Assembly: GCA_951406725.2 (NCBI GenBank)
Contig: OX597824.1
Span: forward strand, 80,476,001-80,540,000
DNA length: 64,000 nucleotides
From: Octopus vulgaris
Lineage: Eukaryota
Direction: 5' to 3'
This document shows, piece after piece, positions 43,178 through 56,640 of this stretch; within the stretch, counting starts at the first letter, position 1, and every line of letters starts with the position of its first letter. The notes below the pieces were generated by a model. It saw only the letters and a list, made by a program, of their open reading frames with translations. It had not been told where the DNA came from and did not search any database. A program made the translations under genes and the position numbers.

Positions 43178-44310
43178 TATGTATATATGAATGTATGTAT
43201 TTATGTTTATTCGATTTCAGTTATTCTTATATTCCAAAGGTTTCAGAGAAACCTTTGTATTTGCTTCTTTCATTTTCCTTAGTTTTTCTTGTGTTTATTT
43301 TTATCTCTCGCCTTTCTTATCTTCAATTTTCTTCCGTTGTCTTTTGCTCTTTCTTCTCTTCTCCTTTTCTTCTCTTCTCCTTTTCTTCTCTTTTCTTTTT
43401 GCTTTATCTGAAGTCTATTTTCTCTTCCTTCACATTCTTTCCATCGTTCTTTCTTCCTTCTCACTTTATTCCCCCCAAATTCCTTTTCCTAACATCTATG
43501 TATCGTTTGCTTCAGTCAAATATCTCGAACTAAATCACTGTAATTCTTTTTTACGCCTCAGTTATTATTTCCCGTATGCTTCTTGTACACTTTCCTTCAA
43601 TCTTTCTTTCTATCATTCATTCCTTTCTTCATATCTTCAAACATTCTCGGTCTTCCATTAATCTTTCATATCAGCCAACATACACCAAGATATCTTTATC
43701 CAAATCATACCATTTATTTTTCTGTATAAACTCCCTTTGCTCTCTTTGTTTTCTTTTCCATTTCCCCCCTTTTTTTCTTCTTAGCTAGCATTCTTTTTCC
43801 CCATTGTATTGATATCCTACCTCATATCTTATTTAAAATATATTTTATTCCTATACGTCTTTTCTCCTTTCACAACTTTCAAAATTGCTTGACTCCTTGT
43901 ATTATTATTTTATTTTTTTTGTATACATATTCTATCTCCTTTCTCATCAACAACAAATGAATATATTATCGTTGCCACAAATCACATCAAACCAAACGAA
44001 ATATAACCATAATTGTGTAGCTATGCAATTCTCTTCGCAACAATTTGGCTCCAGGCTTAATTCCACAGAACTTCGCTATAACGTAATTCAACTACTCAGC
44101 ACTTTGGGCGAATGTCATCCGCCATATCATCGTGTCGTCAAAAATATTGCACATGGAATTTTGTAAGCAAGAAATTTCTAGAAGCCCGTCGAAAAATCCA
44201 TTCCTGTTCTTGGGTGATAAACGTAAATGACCGCCAAGTATAGTTTCAGCACTTCTTGTATCTTGGATGCACTAAGTTTTGACGTTGTAGCTCACTTCCG
44301 CTGTTTACAG

Positions 44311-44548
44311 CGGTGCTTGGAGGAGAAAGAGAGAGGTTCACTGTGACGGTAAACCATTGTTAATGGCTATCTTCATCGACTTAGGGAGGTTAGACATGAG
44401 AGCAATAAGATTGATAGCTGGGTAGGTTACGGTGCTTGGAGGAGAAGGAGAGAGGTTCACTGTGACGGTAAACCATTGTTAATGGCTATCTCCATCGACT
44501 TAGGGAGGTTAGACATGAGAGCAATAAGATGGATAGCTGGGTAGGTTA
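44311..44548. repeat. Direct tandem duplication, 2 x 119 bp, in a mariner-related remnant
   Basis: Units start at 44311 and 44430. The preceding TTCCGCTGTTTACAGC.GTGCTTGGA also occurs at about 48789, upstream of the mariner ATG. Confidence 0.85.
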
Positions 44549-45397
44549 ACAGGGTTTCCGTTCCTTTTGAACTGAACATGCAATAGTATGTTTCCAATGA
44601 TTAGGATAGACCGCCGCGCCGCGCCGCACAAACTTCATCAGGATGAAACTGAACTCAAAACTTATTTACTCACCGTTTTAATCCTAATCCTTTTGAACTA
44701 ACAATTTTGAGGGGCAGAAATATCGTGTGAAAACATAAATTTCATTTATTACATGACAAAAACAATACAATACGACGAGTTTATTAACTATTTTTTAAAT
44801 TCTATTCTGACATCGATTTTGCAGGGAAACTCAAGTCACGAGGAGAGCAATCAGTTTAAATAAACCGTATCAACTATAAGTATTAAGTACTTTTTTCCCA
44901 CCATTTTCTACACAAAAACAAAAAAACCCTGATTCAATATACTATACTATACATCCATCGATACCTACATACATAATGCATACATCCATAGTATACACTC
45001 TCACAAACACGCACACTCACACATTCGCACTCATACATATATATGACAAAATTACATACATATTTAAACGTACACGTTTAATCACATGCATACTTACATA
45101 TATATATATATATACACACATTTACATACAAAATTAAAGATATATGTATAAAGACATGCAGAGACAACGGGGAACGTGCGCACGCACACACTCCCACTCA
45201 CACAAAAACATACTTTCTTTCCTCTTCTCCTTTATCGTCTCCACCTCCCCTTCCTCTCCGTTTTTTGACATGGGAGTTGATAATAAAATGCTTAAAGTGC
45301 TTAAAGCATTTATTATTGGGTTAACTTGGTTTTTGCATACGTACATAAATATATACATGCAAGCATACATACATACAAACATACATACATACATACA

Positions 45398-45431
<34 letters not shown>

Positions 45432-45852
45432 CATACATATATATATACATATATATATATAATATATATATATACAAACATAAATGCTTGCATACGTATA
45501 AATAATCTCTATGCTTGTTTACATATTGTTATATATATATATGAATATATATATATATATACCAACCCCATACATACGCACGTCCAGACCAATCCCACGC
45601 ACTGATACTCTCTCATACACACACACACACCCTTATACATACTAATACATACACCAACCCTATACATACACATCCAGACCCCTCCCACGCACTTTTAGCT
45701 GGTCCCTCAACCCTATTATCTCCCCTTATTTCGCTCTCGCGTCTCATGTTTGATCTTTGACCTCTGGCCGAAATCAGATCGCCATGTTGATTCGTTAGCT
45801 ACTGCACGCATTTTTTTCTCTCCTTCTTTCTGTGTTTTTCTCTCTCTGTGTA

Positions 45853-45890
45853 TCTTTCTGTTGAAGAGCGTAGGCTCGAAACGTTAAAGA
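45853..45890 (+). ncRNA. Minimal hammerhead-like motif with A6U core variant, in a Penelope-like remnant (45780-45988)
   Basis: TCTTT-CTGTTGA-A-GAGC GTAG GCTC-GAAAC-GTT-AAAGA: stems I and II are perfect, and stem III is the loopless palindrome AACGTT. Confidence 0.55.
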
Positions 45891-45987
45891 CTTGTTTTAT
45901 TTATATTTCCTGAGCGCCATACTAATACAATTGTTCGTTTGTTTTCCACCTGCCTTCGTCTTTTGTTTATTTTCATAAAGCTTCCCG

Positions 45988-46028
<41 letters not shown>

Positions 46029-46213
46029 CAGTTTGATTGATTGGATGTGCATCAGATGGATGTATTCTGTCGCGCTGAATGATAAATAAAATGGCGTAAC
46101 GTTGTTTTTTTATTTTACTTTCACTGAAGCCTTTTGGAGTATTGTAAAAATATTTGAACAGTTTATATCGCTTCAACCAAACTGTATAGACAGATGTACA
46201 TGCTGCAGGTTCA

Positions 46214-46251
<38 letters not shown>

Positions 46252-46287
46252 AATGTTGTATATATATATATATATATGTAGTAATGT

Positions 46288-46347
<60 letters not shown>

Positions 46348-46623
46348 AATGTTGGACAATATTAAGCCGAAGCAAATATTAAATATAAGATTGTCACCTC
46401 GAAGAGGTCGCTTGAGATATTGTAGATCATGCCGGAATAGACAAGCCATAAAAGCGAAATACGTAAATCATGGGTGGAAATAAAATTATTTTATTGAATA
46501 TCTGACGTGTTGCGATGCGGAATTAAAAGCCTGTGATTTTTATAAGGTTTTGCATGAAAATGAACAACAGTCAATTGTCGTTGAAGTGTGCCTGTACGTA
46601 TGCGCATATGTTTGTATATATGA

Positions 46624-46690
<67 letters not shown>

Positions 46691-46726
46691 TGTATGTTTC
46701 TGTGTGTTTGTGTGTGTGTGTGAGTG

Positions 46727-46897
<171 letters not shown>

Positions 46898-47252
46898 ATA
46901 TATCAGTTCCTAGCTCATAAAGGGCCATTGCTGTTTCAGTCTTTATGACTTCTTTCTCAAAAGTAGATTTGAAGGGAAAAAAGACAAAGCAGTGTTTAAG
47001 ACGTATGGACAAAATGAGACCCTATATATTACGTTTACAAATCTGGCGGGGGTCTTGGTTTCAAGTCAAATCATATGCATATATGTTTGCCCAATATTTT
47101 TTTCATGCAGGTTGTGTTGTATGAAATATCGACTCCGTATTCGCGTTAAAGTAGTTGACTAATAAAGATTTAGAAATATTTCGGATTATGAGTAATATAT
47201 TAGAAGTATTTCGGATTATTTGTAGCACTCAATAGACAGTGAATTCATTGTA

Positions 47253-47488
47253 CCTATTTCTTTATTACGCACAAGGGGCTAAACATAGAGGGGACAAACA
47301 TGGACAGACATAGGTATTAAGTCAATTACATCGACCCCAGTGCGAAACTGGTACTTAATTTATCGACTCCGAAAGGATGAAAGGCAAAGTCGACCCCGGC
47401 GGAATTTGAACTCAGAACGTAACGGCAGCCGAAATACCGCTAAGCATTTCGCCCGACATGCTAACGATTCTGCCAGCTCGCCGCCTTA
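47253..47488 (-). mobile_element. SINE family A, full length
   Basis: Reverse complement of the 17069 copy, with TSD-like ACAGTGAA...ATTGTACC flanks. Confidence 0.88.
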
Positions 47489-47914
47489 CAGTGAAATGAT
47501 TGTACCGTTGGAGTAGTAGACACAGCGTTTTGCAGTGTTTATTCTGATTCTCAACGTTCGGGTTTCAAACACTGCTCGGTTCAACTTTACGTTTCATCCC
47601 ATCTATGTCAATAAATAAAATACCAGCCATACCCTAGAGCGATTCTCTCTATCTCTGTCTCTCTCGCTCTCCCTCTCTCCTTCTTTTTCTCTAAACTGAA
47701 GCTTCCATTTCATTTAAAGAATTATAGTGACTACTGACAGTGTCCCTTTTCTCTGAAATGAAGAAGGGTTTTCTAACTTTCACGCAAGAAAACAAATTCG
47801 TTTCTACCTGGGTAAGCCATCCGCATCATTTGTATTTTTATTTTTTAGTCAACAGGGGAAGTGCTATTGTGGGGGAGGATAGAAAGTACCCTTCAACCAG
47901 TTGTCTGGTCAGAA

Positions 47915-48220
47915 TATTAGTGATTAGGGTATTCGGCACACAATCGTAAGGTCATGATTTCGATTCCCCGCAGCGCGTTGTGTTCTTGAGCAAGACACTT
48001 CATTTCACGTTGCTCCAGTTCACTTACTTGGCATAAATGGCCCTTATATTTCAAAGGGCTAGCTTTATCATATTCTGTATCACGCTAAATCTCCTTGAGA
48101 ACTACGTTAAGGGTACGCGTGTCTGTGGAATGCTCAGCAACTTGCACGTTAATTTCACGAACAGGCTGTTCTGTTGATCAGATCAACTGGGACCCTCATC
48201 GTGGTAACCGACGGAGGGCC
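47915..48220 (+). mobile_element. Chimeric SINE: family D head with the tail of the 33259 family C copy
   Basis: GTGTTCTTGAGCAAGACAC block followed by GAGAACTACGTTAAGGGTAC..ACCGACGGAG. Confidence 0.7.
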
Positions 48221-48724
48221 AAACTATGACCGGACTTTAAATCACGCGATAGATTAAATCAAATACTTTTCAAGATTCTTTTCAATTTTAGCACAAGGCC
48301 AGCGATTTTGAGATTTTATCGATTATATCGACTCCAATACTTGAGTAGCACTTCACGTTATTGACACCTAAGAGATGAAATCTAGTCGATTACATCGATC
48401 TCTAGTAATCAACTGGTACTTAATTTATCGACCCCGAAATCACGAAAAGCAAAGTCGACCTTCGCGGCATTTGAACTTGGAAAATAAGGCTAGAAGTAAT
48501 GCTGGCAATCATTCCGGCGTGCTAACGACTCTGCCAGCTCGCTTCCTGTTTTAAATGGAATAAAATGAAGACTGAAAAAAAAAACTTACAAAAATTTCTC
48601 TCTCGAAAGAATTATACTAATTGTAATTATTTTATTCTATAATCAAGAAACTTGCTTTTCAATCACATGGTTTCCGGTTCAGGTCCAGCGCGAAGCACCT
48701 TAGGTATATGCTTTCTACTATAGC

Positions 48725-49172
48725 TAAACACGCACTGATCTTGAATTCTGCTGTCCATGCGCCCTACGTTTTAACGTTCTAGCTTCCTTCCGCTGTTTAC
48801 AGCAGTGCTTGGAAGGGAGGTGTGTAGCGTTTCATCATCGCATTGACCATGACAGAGAAAGATGAGCAGAGAATATGCATCCAATTTTGCGAAAAGCTTG
48901 GTGATACATGCTCAGAGGCCCAAGTAAAGTTTTCAAAAAGTGTTCATCATTCTTGATACAATCTAAGAGATTATGTGCAACTGAAACCCGAGTGTCTTTT
49001 TGGTCAGCTGAAAGCAGTTTTAGCTCAAACTCGGCAGACACGCGTCTCATACCCAAGTCTTCAGTGATAATGGACTGATCTGAACCGTAACTAATCTGCA
49101 CATTCTCTGATAACTCGTGGATGGTGATTCGACGATTTCCCCTCACAGCTGCACGCACATCTGCAATGTTTT
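48725..49172. mobile_element. Rearranged mariner transposase remnant
   Basis: Plus strand from 48849 reads MTEKDEQRICIQFCEKLGDTCSEA (N-terminus). Minus strand 49172-48930 reads VRAAVRGNRRITIHELSENVQISYGS..IITEDLGMRRVSA (HTH region). Confidence 0.8.
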
Positions 49173-49184
49173 ACTGGGAAATTT

Positions 49185-49404
49185 ACAGAGCATGACCTTG
49201 CAGGTGTGGCCCAGTTAGAATTTTCTTCTGGTCAAGAATTCCGACCCGATCAAAAGGTCCCTGAATAAGGGTTATTTCCAGAGGTGAATAATCCAAACCC
49301 CAAATAATTACTTTCAACATATGTATATGATAACATTTGCAATTATTTAAGATGAGAAACCATGAGAGCCACTGCCTGGTACTGCATCAGGTAATTTATT
49401 ATTG

Positions 49405-49472
<68 letters not shown>

Positions 49473-49789
49473 TTCCTTCTATCTTCAAATTTTCTTCAAT
49501 TTCTCGCCTAGTGTTTTCCGTATACCTAGGGCAGAGAAGCTCATTGTATGCATTCCCAGAATACACACGCAAATTCACAGGTAAAATATGTATTTTAAAA
49601 ATTAATTAATAAATTCATGAATGGAGGTTGTTTTCACAGCGATATTATTATTATTATTATTATTATTACTTTTTTTTTCTTCTTTCAAATTTTCTTCCAT
49701 TTCTTGCCGAGTGTCTTCCCGACTCCTAGGGCAAAGAAACTCATAGTGTATATTGGTAGGCCATTAAACCAAACTCAGTAGTTCGTTCA

Positions 49790-49800
<11 letters not shown>
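49185..49800 (-). mobile_element. Deleted (TAA)n-SINE copy plus two Dong-type 3' UTR stubs
   Basis: 49185-49398 matches parts of 50304-50952. 49471-49645 (diverged) and 49670-49800 match the 3' UTR at 49855-49985. Each piece is separated by (ATT)n. Confidence 0.75.
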
Positions 49801-49854
<54 letters not shown>

Positions 49855-50256
49855 GGGTTTTTCTTCTTTCAAATTTGCTTCCATTTCTTGCCGGGTGTCT
49901 TCCCGACTCCTAGGGCAAAGAAACTCATAGTATACATTGGTAGGCCATTAAAACTAAACTCACTAGTTCGTTCATTTTTTTTTTCATAGAAATAAAGTTA
50001 AATTAAAATACATGAGTAGTAATAGTTCTCACATCGACAATGCTCTTCTCAATACGTGTGATGTACCAGTTAAGACAATCTTTTGCACTTCTTGCAGGGA
50101 TGGTAAGCCAGGGATCATTCTCATATAATTTTCGGTTCCCTTCTTGATCATTCCTAGTGCTCCTACGATCACTGGTATTGTAACCGCCTTGAGATGCCAC
50201 ATTTTCTCAATTTCAATGAGCAGGTCTTTATATTTTCTGAGCATGTCAAATTCTTT
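49855..50256 (-). mobile_element. R4/Dong-type retrotransposon 3' fragment, second family
   Basis: KEFDMLRKYKDLLIEIEKMWHLKAVTIPVIVGALGMIKK..QEVQKIVLTGTSHVLRRALSM*, flanked by (TAA)n. Confidence 0.88.
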
Positions 50257-50261
50257 ATTAA

Positions 50262-50303
<42 letters not shown>

Positions 50304-50950
50304 GAGTGAGAGAGCAGTTCATGCCATCAAAGTGACACTGGGGTAAAATATACGAAGCCCAATATACCCATCATGACTACCCGTCCGATAAAGGTACACC
50401 AGGCACATGCATCACAACCATATGTGCGCGACATGGTGATCTCATATCAAGATAAACAGCACATGACCTTGCAGGTGGGGCCCAATTAGAATTTTCTTCA
50501 GGTTGAGTAGCCCAGCCCACTCAAAAGGTCCCTGAATAAGGGTTGTTTAAGGATGTTGAAAGAACCACCCATGTTTCCAGAGGTGAATTATTCAAACCCC
50601 AAAGAATCCCTCTCAACACATGGCTATGATGCTCCCCCACTACTTCTGCTCATGATCAGAGATGCACATATCGTCAGCCACTAAGGGACATGCTCAACTG
50701 GTTAAAGTCAAACAACTGACAAGCAAATCTGTGGTATTGAGCAGAATATTTGCTGTAGCCCATCTTTTATACCAAGACAAAACAATGTACATGATAACAC
50801 TTCCAATCAGTTAAGATCAGAAGCCATGAGAGCCACTGCCTGGTACTGTGAGAGCCACTGCCTGGTACTGTGAGAGCCACTGCCTGGTACTGTTAGCCAC
50901 TGCCTGGTACTGAGAGCCACTGCCTGGTACTGATTTCCACTGCCTGGTAC

Positions 50951-50952
<2 letters not shown>
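50304..50952 (-). mobile_element. Longest copy of the (TAA)n-embedded non-coding element
   Basis: Contains the other copies' sequence and ends in six tandem copies of CCACTGCCTGGTACTG. Confidence 0.88.
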
Positions 50953-50999
<47 letters not shown>

Positions 51000-52633
51000 C
51001 TTTCATTATTTTTGTGAAACTTCAGTTGCCTGATCTTTGGGTTATGACTGTTGTCTCACCGTACTGGTAAAGACACAAGGGTTCCTCCTGCCCCACCTCT
51101 CTGTTCAAAAAATACATTTTGAGGCGAGACATTATTTAATTCAGGTAGTTGACATTTTCAGTAGGGATTGATAAATAGACAAAGGGAGAGCTGAAATGTG
51201 ATGCTTTGTGTCCGAATTATTGGTGTGGCGTATGGTGTAAAACAGGTGTAGTTCGGTTCGGTGTGGGTGTAGGGCAGTGTCGATCGGTGTGGCATGGCGC
51301 TGCGTGGAGCGGGGTGTCACGTTTGGACGGGGGTTCGTGCGATATGATGTAGTAATAGTGTGGTGTCGTTTGGCTGGTGCGGTGTGACATGACGTCTTTT
51401 GGGTGGTGTTGGTGTGACTCGGGGTTCCGATGGAGTTGGTGCCGCGCGTTGTGTGATGTGGTGTTGTGTTGACGGTGTTGGCGAGGCACGGGGTGGAGTT
51501 GTGTGCGACACGGCGTTGGCGTTTTTTGGATATGGTTTGGAGCGATGAAGCTGTGTGGATGTGGAGGATAAATATAGTTGGTGGTAGAGGTGGTTGTGGT
51601 GGTAAGGACAGTGGTGGCGGTGGCGGTGGTAATAATGATGATAGTGGTGGCGGCGGAGGTGGTGGTGATGGCGGCGGTGGTGGTGCTGTTATGGTGGTGG
51701 TGGTTGTGGTGGTAATATTGGTGATGGCAATGGTGGTGGTGGCGTGCTGCAGTGTGATATATTGCGGGGTGGCGCAATGCGGTTGGGGAGATATGACGCT
51801 GTGATATGGCATAGCCTAATCAATTGCACGGGGAGGAGGGAGGGAGAGAGAAAGAGAGGGAAGGAGATAGAAACAGGCAGAGAAAAACAGGCTGAGAAGA
51901 GAGGGAGAGAGAAAGGAAGAGAGACAGAGATAAATACGGGGAGGTAGGGACGGGTATTTAATGGGTGTGTGAGAAATGATGAGGCAATTGTACCAGACTC
52001 GGTAAGGTGTTTCATAGTATAGTGGAAGTGCGCGGGTGTGGTTTGGGGTGGCGGGTCGGTTTTATGGTGTGGTGAGGAGAAACGCAGTTGATGTGCAGAG
52101 CTGCGGGTAATAAGGGTGGAATAGGGGGTAGCTTTGTATGATAACGTGAGGTGAGCTGAAGCGTGCTGCGTGCGCTGTGATGGAGAAAGGGTCGGTAGGG
52201 TATTAGGGTAGGATCTGAGAGTATGGGCGTGCGTAAGCGTTTGTATGTGTGCTTGTGTGTGTGTGTGAGTGTGTGTGTGTGTGTGCTGCTTTGTTTTATA
52301 AAGATGGGGTGGGTAGGTAGGTAGGTGGTGGATCATCATGGTGTTAGTTGGCGGTGGTGGTCGTGGTGGTGGGGTGTCGTGGCTATGTGGTAACGTGTTG
52401 TGTTGTGCGGTGCGGTGTTGTGTGTTTACAGAATTTGCTTGTGTTCGGGGATGTGTCGGGCATGGTGTATGAAATGTTGAATTAGGTGTAATGTTGTGTG
52501 GTGTTGTACGGTGCAGGGTGGCGCTGAGGGTGCAACGGTGCCGCGTCGAGTGGAAGTCCTCTTGTAAAGTATGGAGTGTGATGCGGTGTATGATGGCATG
52601 GCCTGGTGAGCTGAAGTAAAGTTTGGTGAGTGT

Positions 52634-52688
<55 letters not shown>

Positions 52689-52762
52689 GAGGGGGAAAGA
52701 GGGAGAGAAAGCGGTGGTGGGGGGAGATATACAAAGGTGGGGATTTAGTGTGGTTTTGTGTG

Positions 52763-52972
52763 TACGAGGGGATGCTGAAATGTTCTCGGTTTTGGGTAAA
52801 AGAAAATAGATGAGGATCAGTTAATTATGATTTTGTTCAAGATATTCCCCTCTAAGATTCATACACTTATTGCAGTGGTCCTTCAGTTTTTCAAAGCCAT
52901 GTAAAAGAACTCGGAACTTTGGGCCTCAAACCAGGCTTTTCGTGATAACCTCGGAGCTAGGAAGTTTTCAGC
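52763..52972 (-). mobile_element. Mariner-derived MITE remnant
   Basis: TA-CGAGGGGATGCTGAAA terminus; the minus strand encodes NKCMNLRGEYLEQ, the mariner C-terminal motif. Confidence 0.7.
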
Positions 52973-53450
52973 GAAATTTGAACTCAGAACGTAAAGACAG
53001 ACGAGATAACTATTTCTTTACTACCCACAAGGGGCCAAACACAGAGAGGACAAACAAGGACAGACAAACGGATTAAGTCGATTGTATCGATCCCAGTGCG
53101 TAACTGATACTTATTTAATCGACCCCGAAAGGATGAAAGGTAAAGTCGACCTCGGCTGAGTTTGTACTCAGAACGTAGAAGTCAGACGAAATACCGCTAA
53201 GCATTTCGCCCGGCATGCAACCGTTTCAAGATTGTTGTAGAATCTTTTCTACTTTAGGCACAATGTCTGAAATTTCTGGGGACGGGACTAGTCGATTAGA
53301 TCGACCCCAGTACGCAACTGGTACTTAATTTATCTACCCCGAAAGGATGAAAGGCAAAGTCGACCTAAGCGGAATCTGAACTCAGAACGTAACAACGAAC
53401 GAAACACCGCAAAGCGGTTTGTCTGGCGTGTTAACACTAGGTCTGCCAGC
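52972..53450 (-). mobile_element. Cluster of SINE A copies
   Basis: Three ACTCAGAACGTA blocks, with two bodies present. Confidence 0.85.
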
Positions 53451-53839
53451 CCAATGCCTTTTATGATCAGAAAATGAAATACAGGATTGTACGATGTGGC
53501 AATCAGGCATAGCATGGGGCGGTTCGATAAAGTGTTTGTATAGTATAACGTGATATAGTGTGATACGAAATGTGGTATTTCTTGTGTGAGTTGACCCTCT
53601 CATATTAGCTCGTGTAATGCGTCGCCGTTTTCATTGCTGCAGTTTCTTGTTTAAGATTAGATGCAGCATGATAGATCAAAAGGGTTTCCAGCTGCGACTC
53701 TCACGCCTTTATGTATATCAGTATCTTTATCATCGATCATTGGTACAGCATGCGATTTGAAGATTTTCAAGGTTATGTATGTATGTATGTATGTATGTAT
53801 GTATGTATGTATGTATGTATGTATGCATCTATTTATCTG

Positions 53840-53954
<115 letters not shown>

Positions 53955-53960
53955 GATTGT

Positions 53961-54005
53961 CACACGCTGACGAGAGGTCAATACCTCGAAACTCGAGTCC
54001 GTGTG
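53961..54005 (+). ncRNA. Canonical type I hammerhead ribozyme
   Basis: CACACG-CTGACGA-GAGG TCAATA CCTC-GAAAC-TCGA-GTC-CGTGTG: intact CUGANGA/GAAA core, all three stems pair, GUC triplet with predicted cleavage after 53999. Confidence 0.9.
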
Positions 54006-54183
54006 TATCATAAGTTGAAGACGGGAAGGATGACTTCCCTTTGCAAATACTGACAGGACACAGAAAGTGTGTCTATGGCCAGCTGGAGGAGTGTGTCCTC
54101 CTGGGGCTAAAAACTACAGTAGCATCCACCCTTACGGGTTAGCCATATTGAAATGGCAAATATACGTCACGATATATATGTAT

Positions 54184-54622
<439 letters not shown>

Positions 54623-54632
54623 CCTAACTCAC

Positions 54633-54737
54633 CGAGCGACCCACGAACCTGTATTCTCTGATATATAATGTGACACCAAATGGTCCGGGGAAGGACAGAA
54701 AGGTCCGGTGTGGCGCGGTCTTTTGTTGTGTACTAAG
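54633..54737 (-). CDS. Candidate 105-nt internal exon
   Basis: CTCCACAG|CTTAG...GCTCG|GTGAGT; complex unique sequence between repeats with two open frames ([34 protein letters not shown] and [13 protein letters not shown]...). Confidence 0.35.
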
Positions 54738-55237
54738 CTGTGGAGCGCCAGTGGCCGTGGTAGTGGTACCGGTGGCGGCGGTGGTGGTGGTGGTGGTGGT
54801 GGCGGTGATGGTGGTGGTGGCGGTGATGGTGGTGGTGGTGGTGTTGACGATGGCGATGGCGATGATGATGGTGGCAGCGGCGGCGGCGGCGGTGGTGGTG
54901 GTGGTAATTTTGGCGGTTGGATGGTGACATTTCGGAAGCGATGGTGAACGAAGCACGCTATTTAACCATTACGTAGGGCCTCATAGATTCCTGTTATCTC
55001 CAAACCACCCCTAGACACCCACCCTACTCCACCCTGCAATCACACCCTTCCCCACCTCCTCTTCCACTTCTGCCAATCTTTCTTCCTCTCTCTCTCTCTC
55101 TCTCTCTCTCAAAACAAATCATATTAAATATTTTACTCTTTAATCTTCGAACCAAAATTCTTTGTAATTTCCCCCTCCCACCCTACTTCTTTTCAACTAC
55201 CCGTTCCTCTTCTACTTCCCACCCTATACCTTTTAAT

Positions 55238-55275
<38 letters not shown>

Positions 55276-55693
55276 TCTTTCTTCATTCATCTCCCTTACA
55301 TACAAACAATACTTGTTTGCATTTATTCTCATATTTCTCACCCATTCTCTCTCTCTCCCCTCATTTATTCTTTCTGTTGTGTTGTCAGGTTTTCTCTACC
55401 TTACACTCTCTTTCTTTCACACTCTCTCAATTCTCACTCTCTCCCTCTTCTCACTCTCTCTCTCTTCTCACTCTCTCTCTCTTCTCACTCTCTCTTTCTC
55501 TCAGTCTTTCTCTTCCCACCTCTCCCTATCGCTTTCTTTCTCTCTGTTTTTCTCTCCCCAACTCTCTCACTTTCTCTCTCTCTCTCTCTCTCTATGTATC
55601 TATCTGTCTATCTATCTATCTATCTACCTACCTATCTATCTATCTATATACATATAATTGTGTTATTGTAGCAATACGTCTCTTTCTCTCTCT

Positions 55694-55734
<41 letters not shown>

Positions 55735-56281
55735 CGTGTGCGTGTGTGCGTGTGTGTGAGTGTATGTGTGTTTGAGTGTGTGTGAGCGTGTGCGTCTATT
55801 GAGTTCATGTACTTATACATCTCTCTTTCTCCTCTCTCTCTCTCTCTTCTCTGTCTGTCTCTCTCAGTCTATCAGTCTAACTCTCCCTCTCTCCCTCTCT
55901 CTCTCTCTCCCTGTCTCTGTCTCTCTCTTTATGATTGCCTATAATCTCATTACCTCACTTTTTTCACGTAAACACACTGATTTACATAATGCCTTTTCTT
56001 TCTCATTCTGTCTCCCTCCCTCCCCCACCCTCTCTCTCTCTCTCCCTCTCACTCACACTCTCTTCCTCAATCACAGTCCCTCCCTCCCTCACTCCCTCCC
56101 TTTCTCCCTCACTATTTCATACTAACACTTTCCTTCTTTGAACTAATATTTAATCGCTCCTCCACTCCCGTCCACTCTCCCTCCCTCCTTCCTCACTTAA
56201 AATTTCATACGATTTGAATATTTCTTTACTCAGCAAAAGATCCAACAACTTTTCACACTACACGTGACCGCACGCATTTGT

Positions 56282-56282
56282 G

Positions 56283-56313
<31 letters not shown>

Positions 56314-56381
56314 GTATGTGTATGTGTGTGTGTACCTCACAATCTGTATACTAGCGTGTATGTATATATATATATATGCAA

Positions 56382-56438
<57 letters not shown>

Positions 56439-56441
56439 CAC

Positions 56442-56493
<52 letters not shown>

Positions 56494-56515
56494 GTGTGTG
56501 TGTGTGTGTGTTTGC

Positions 56516-56586
<71 letters not shown>

Positions 56587-56640
56587 CATACACGCTAGTA
56601 TACAGATTGTGAGGTACACACACACACATACACACACATA
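56282..56640. repeat. Palindrome built from mirrored microsatellites with unique arms
   Basis: GTACCTCACAATCTGTATACTAGCGTGTATG and its exact reverse complement flank mirrored CA/TA/TG blocks; a third diverged arm lies at about 56705-56740. Confidence 0.85.
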
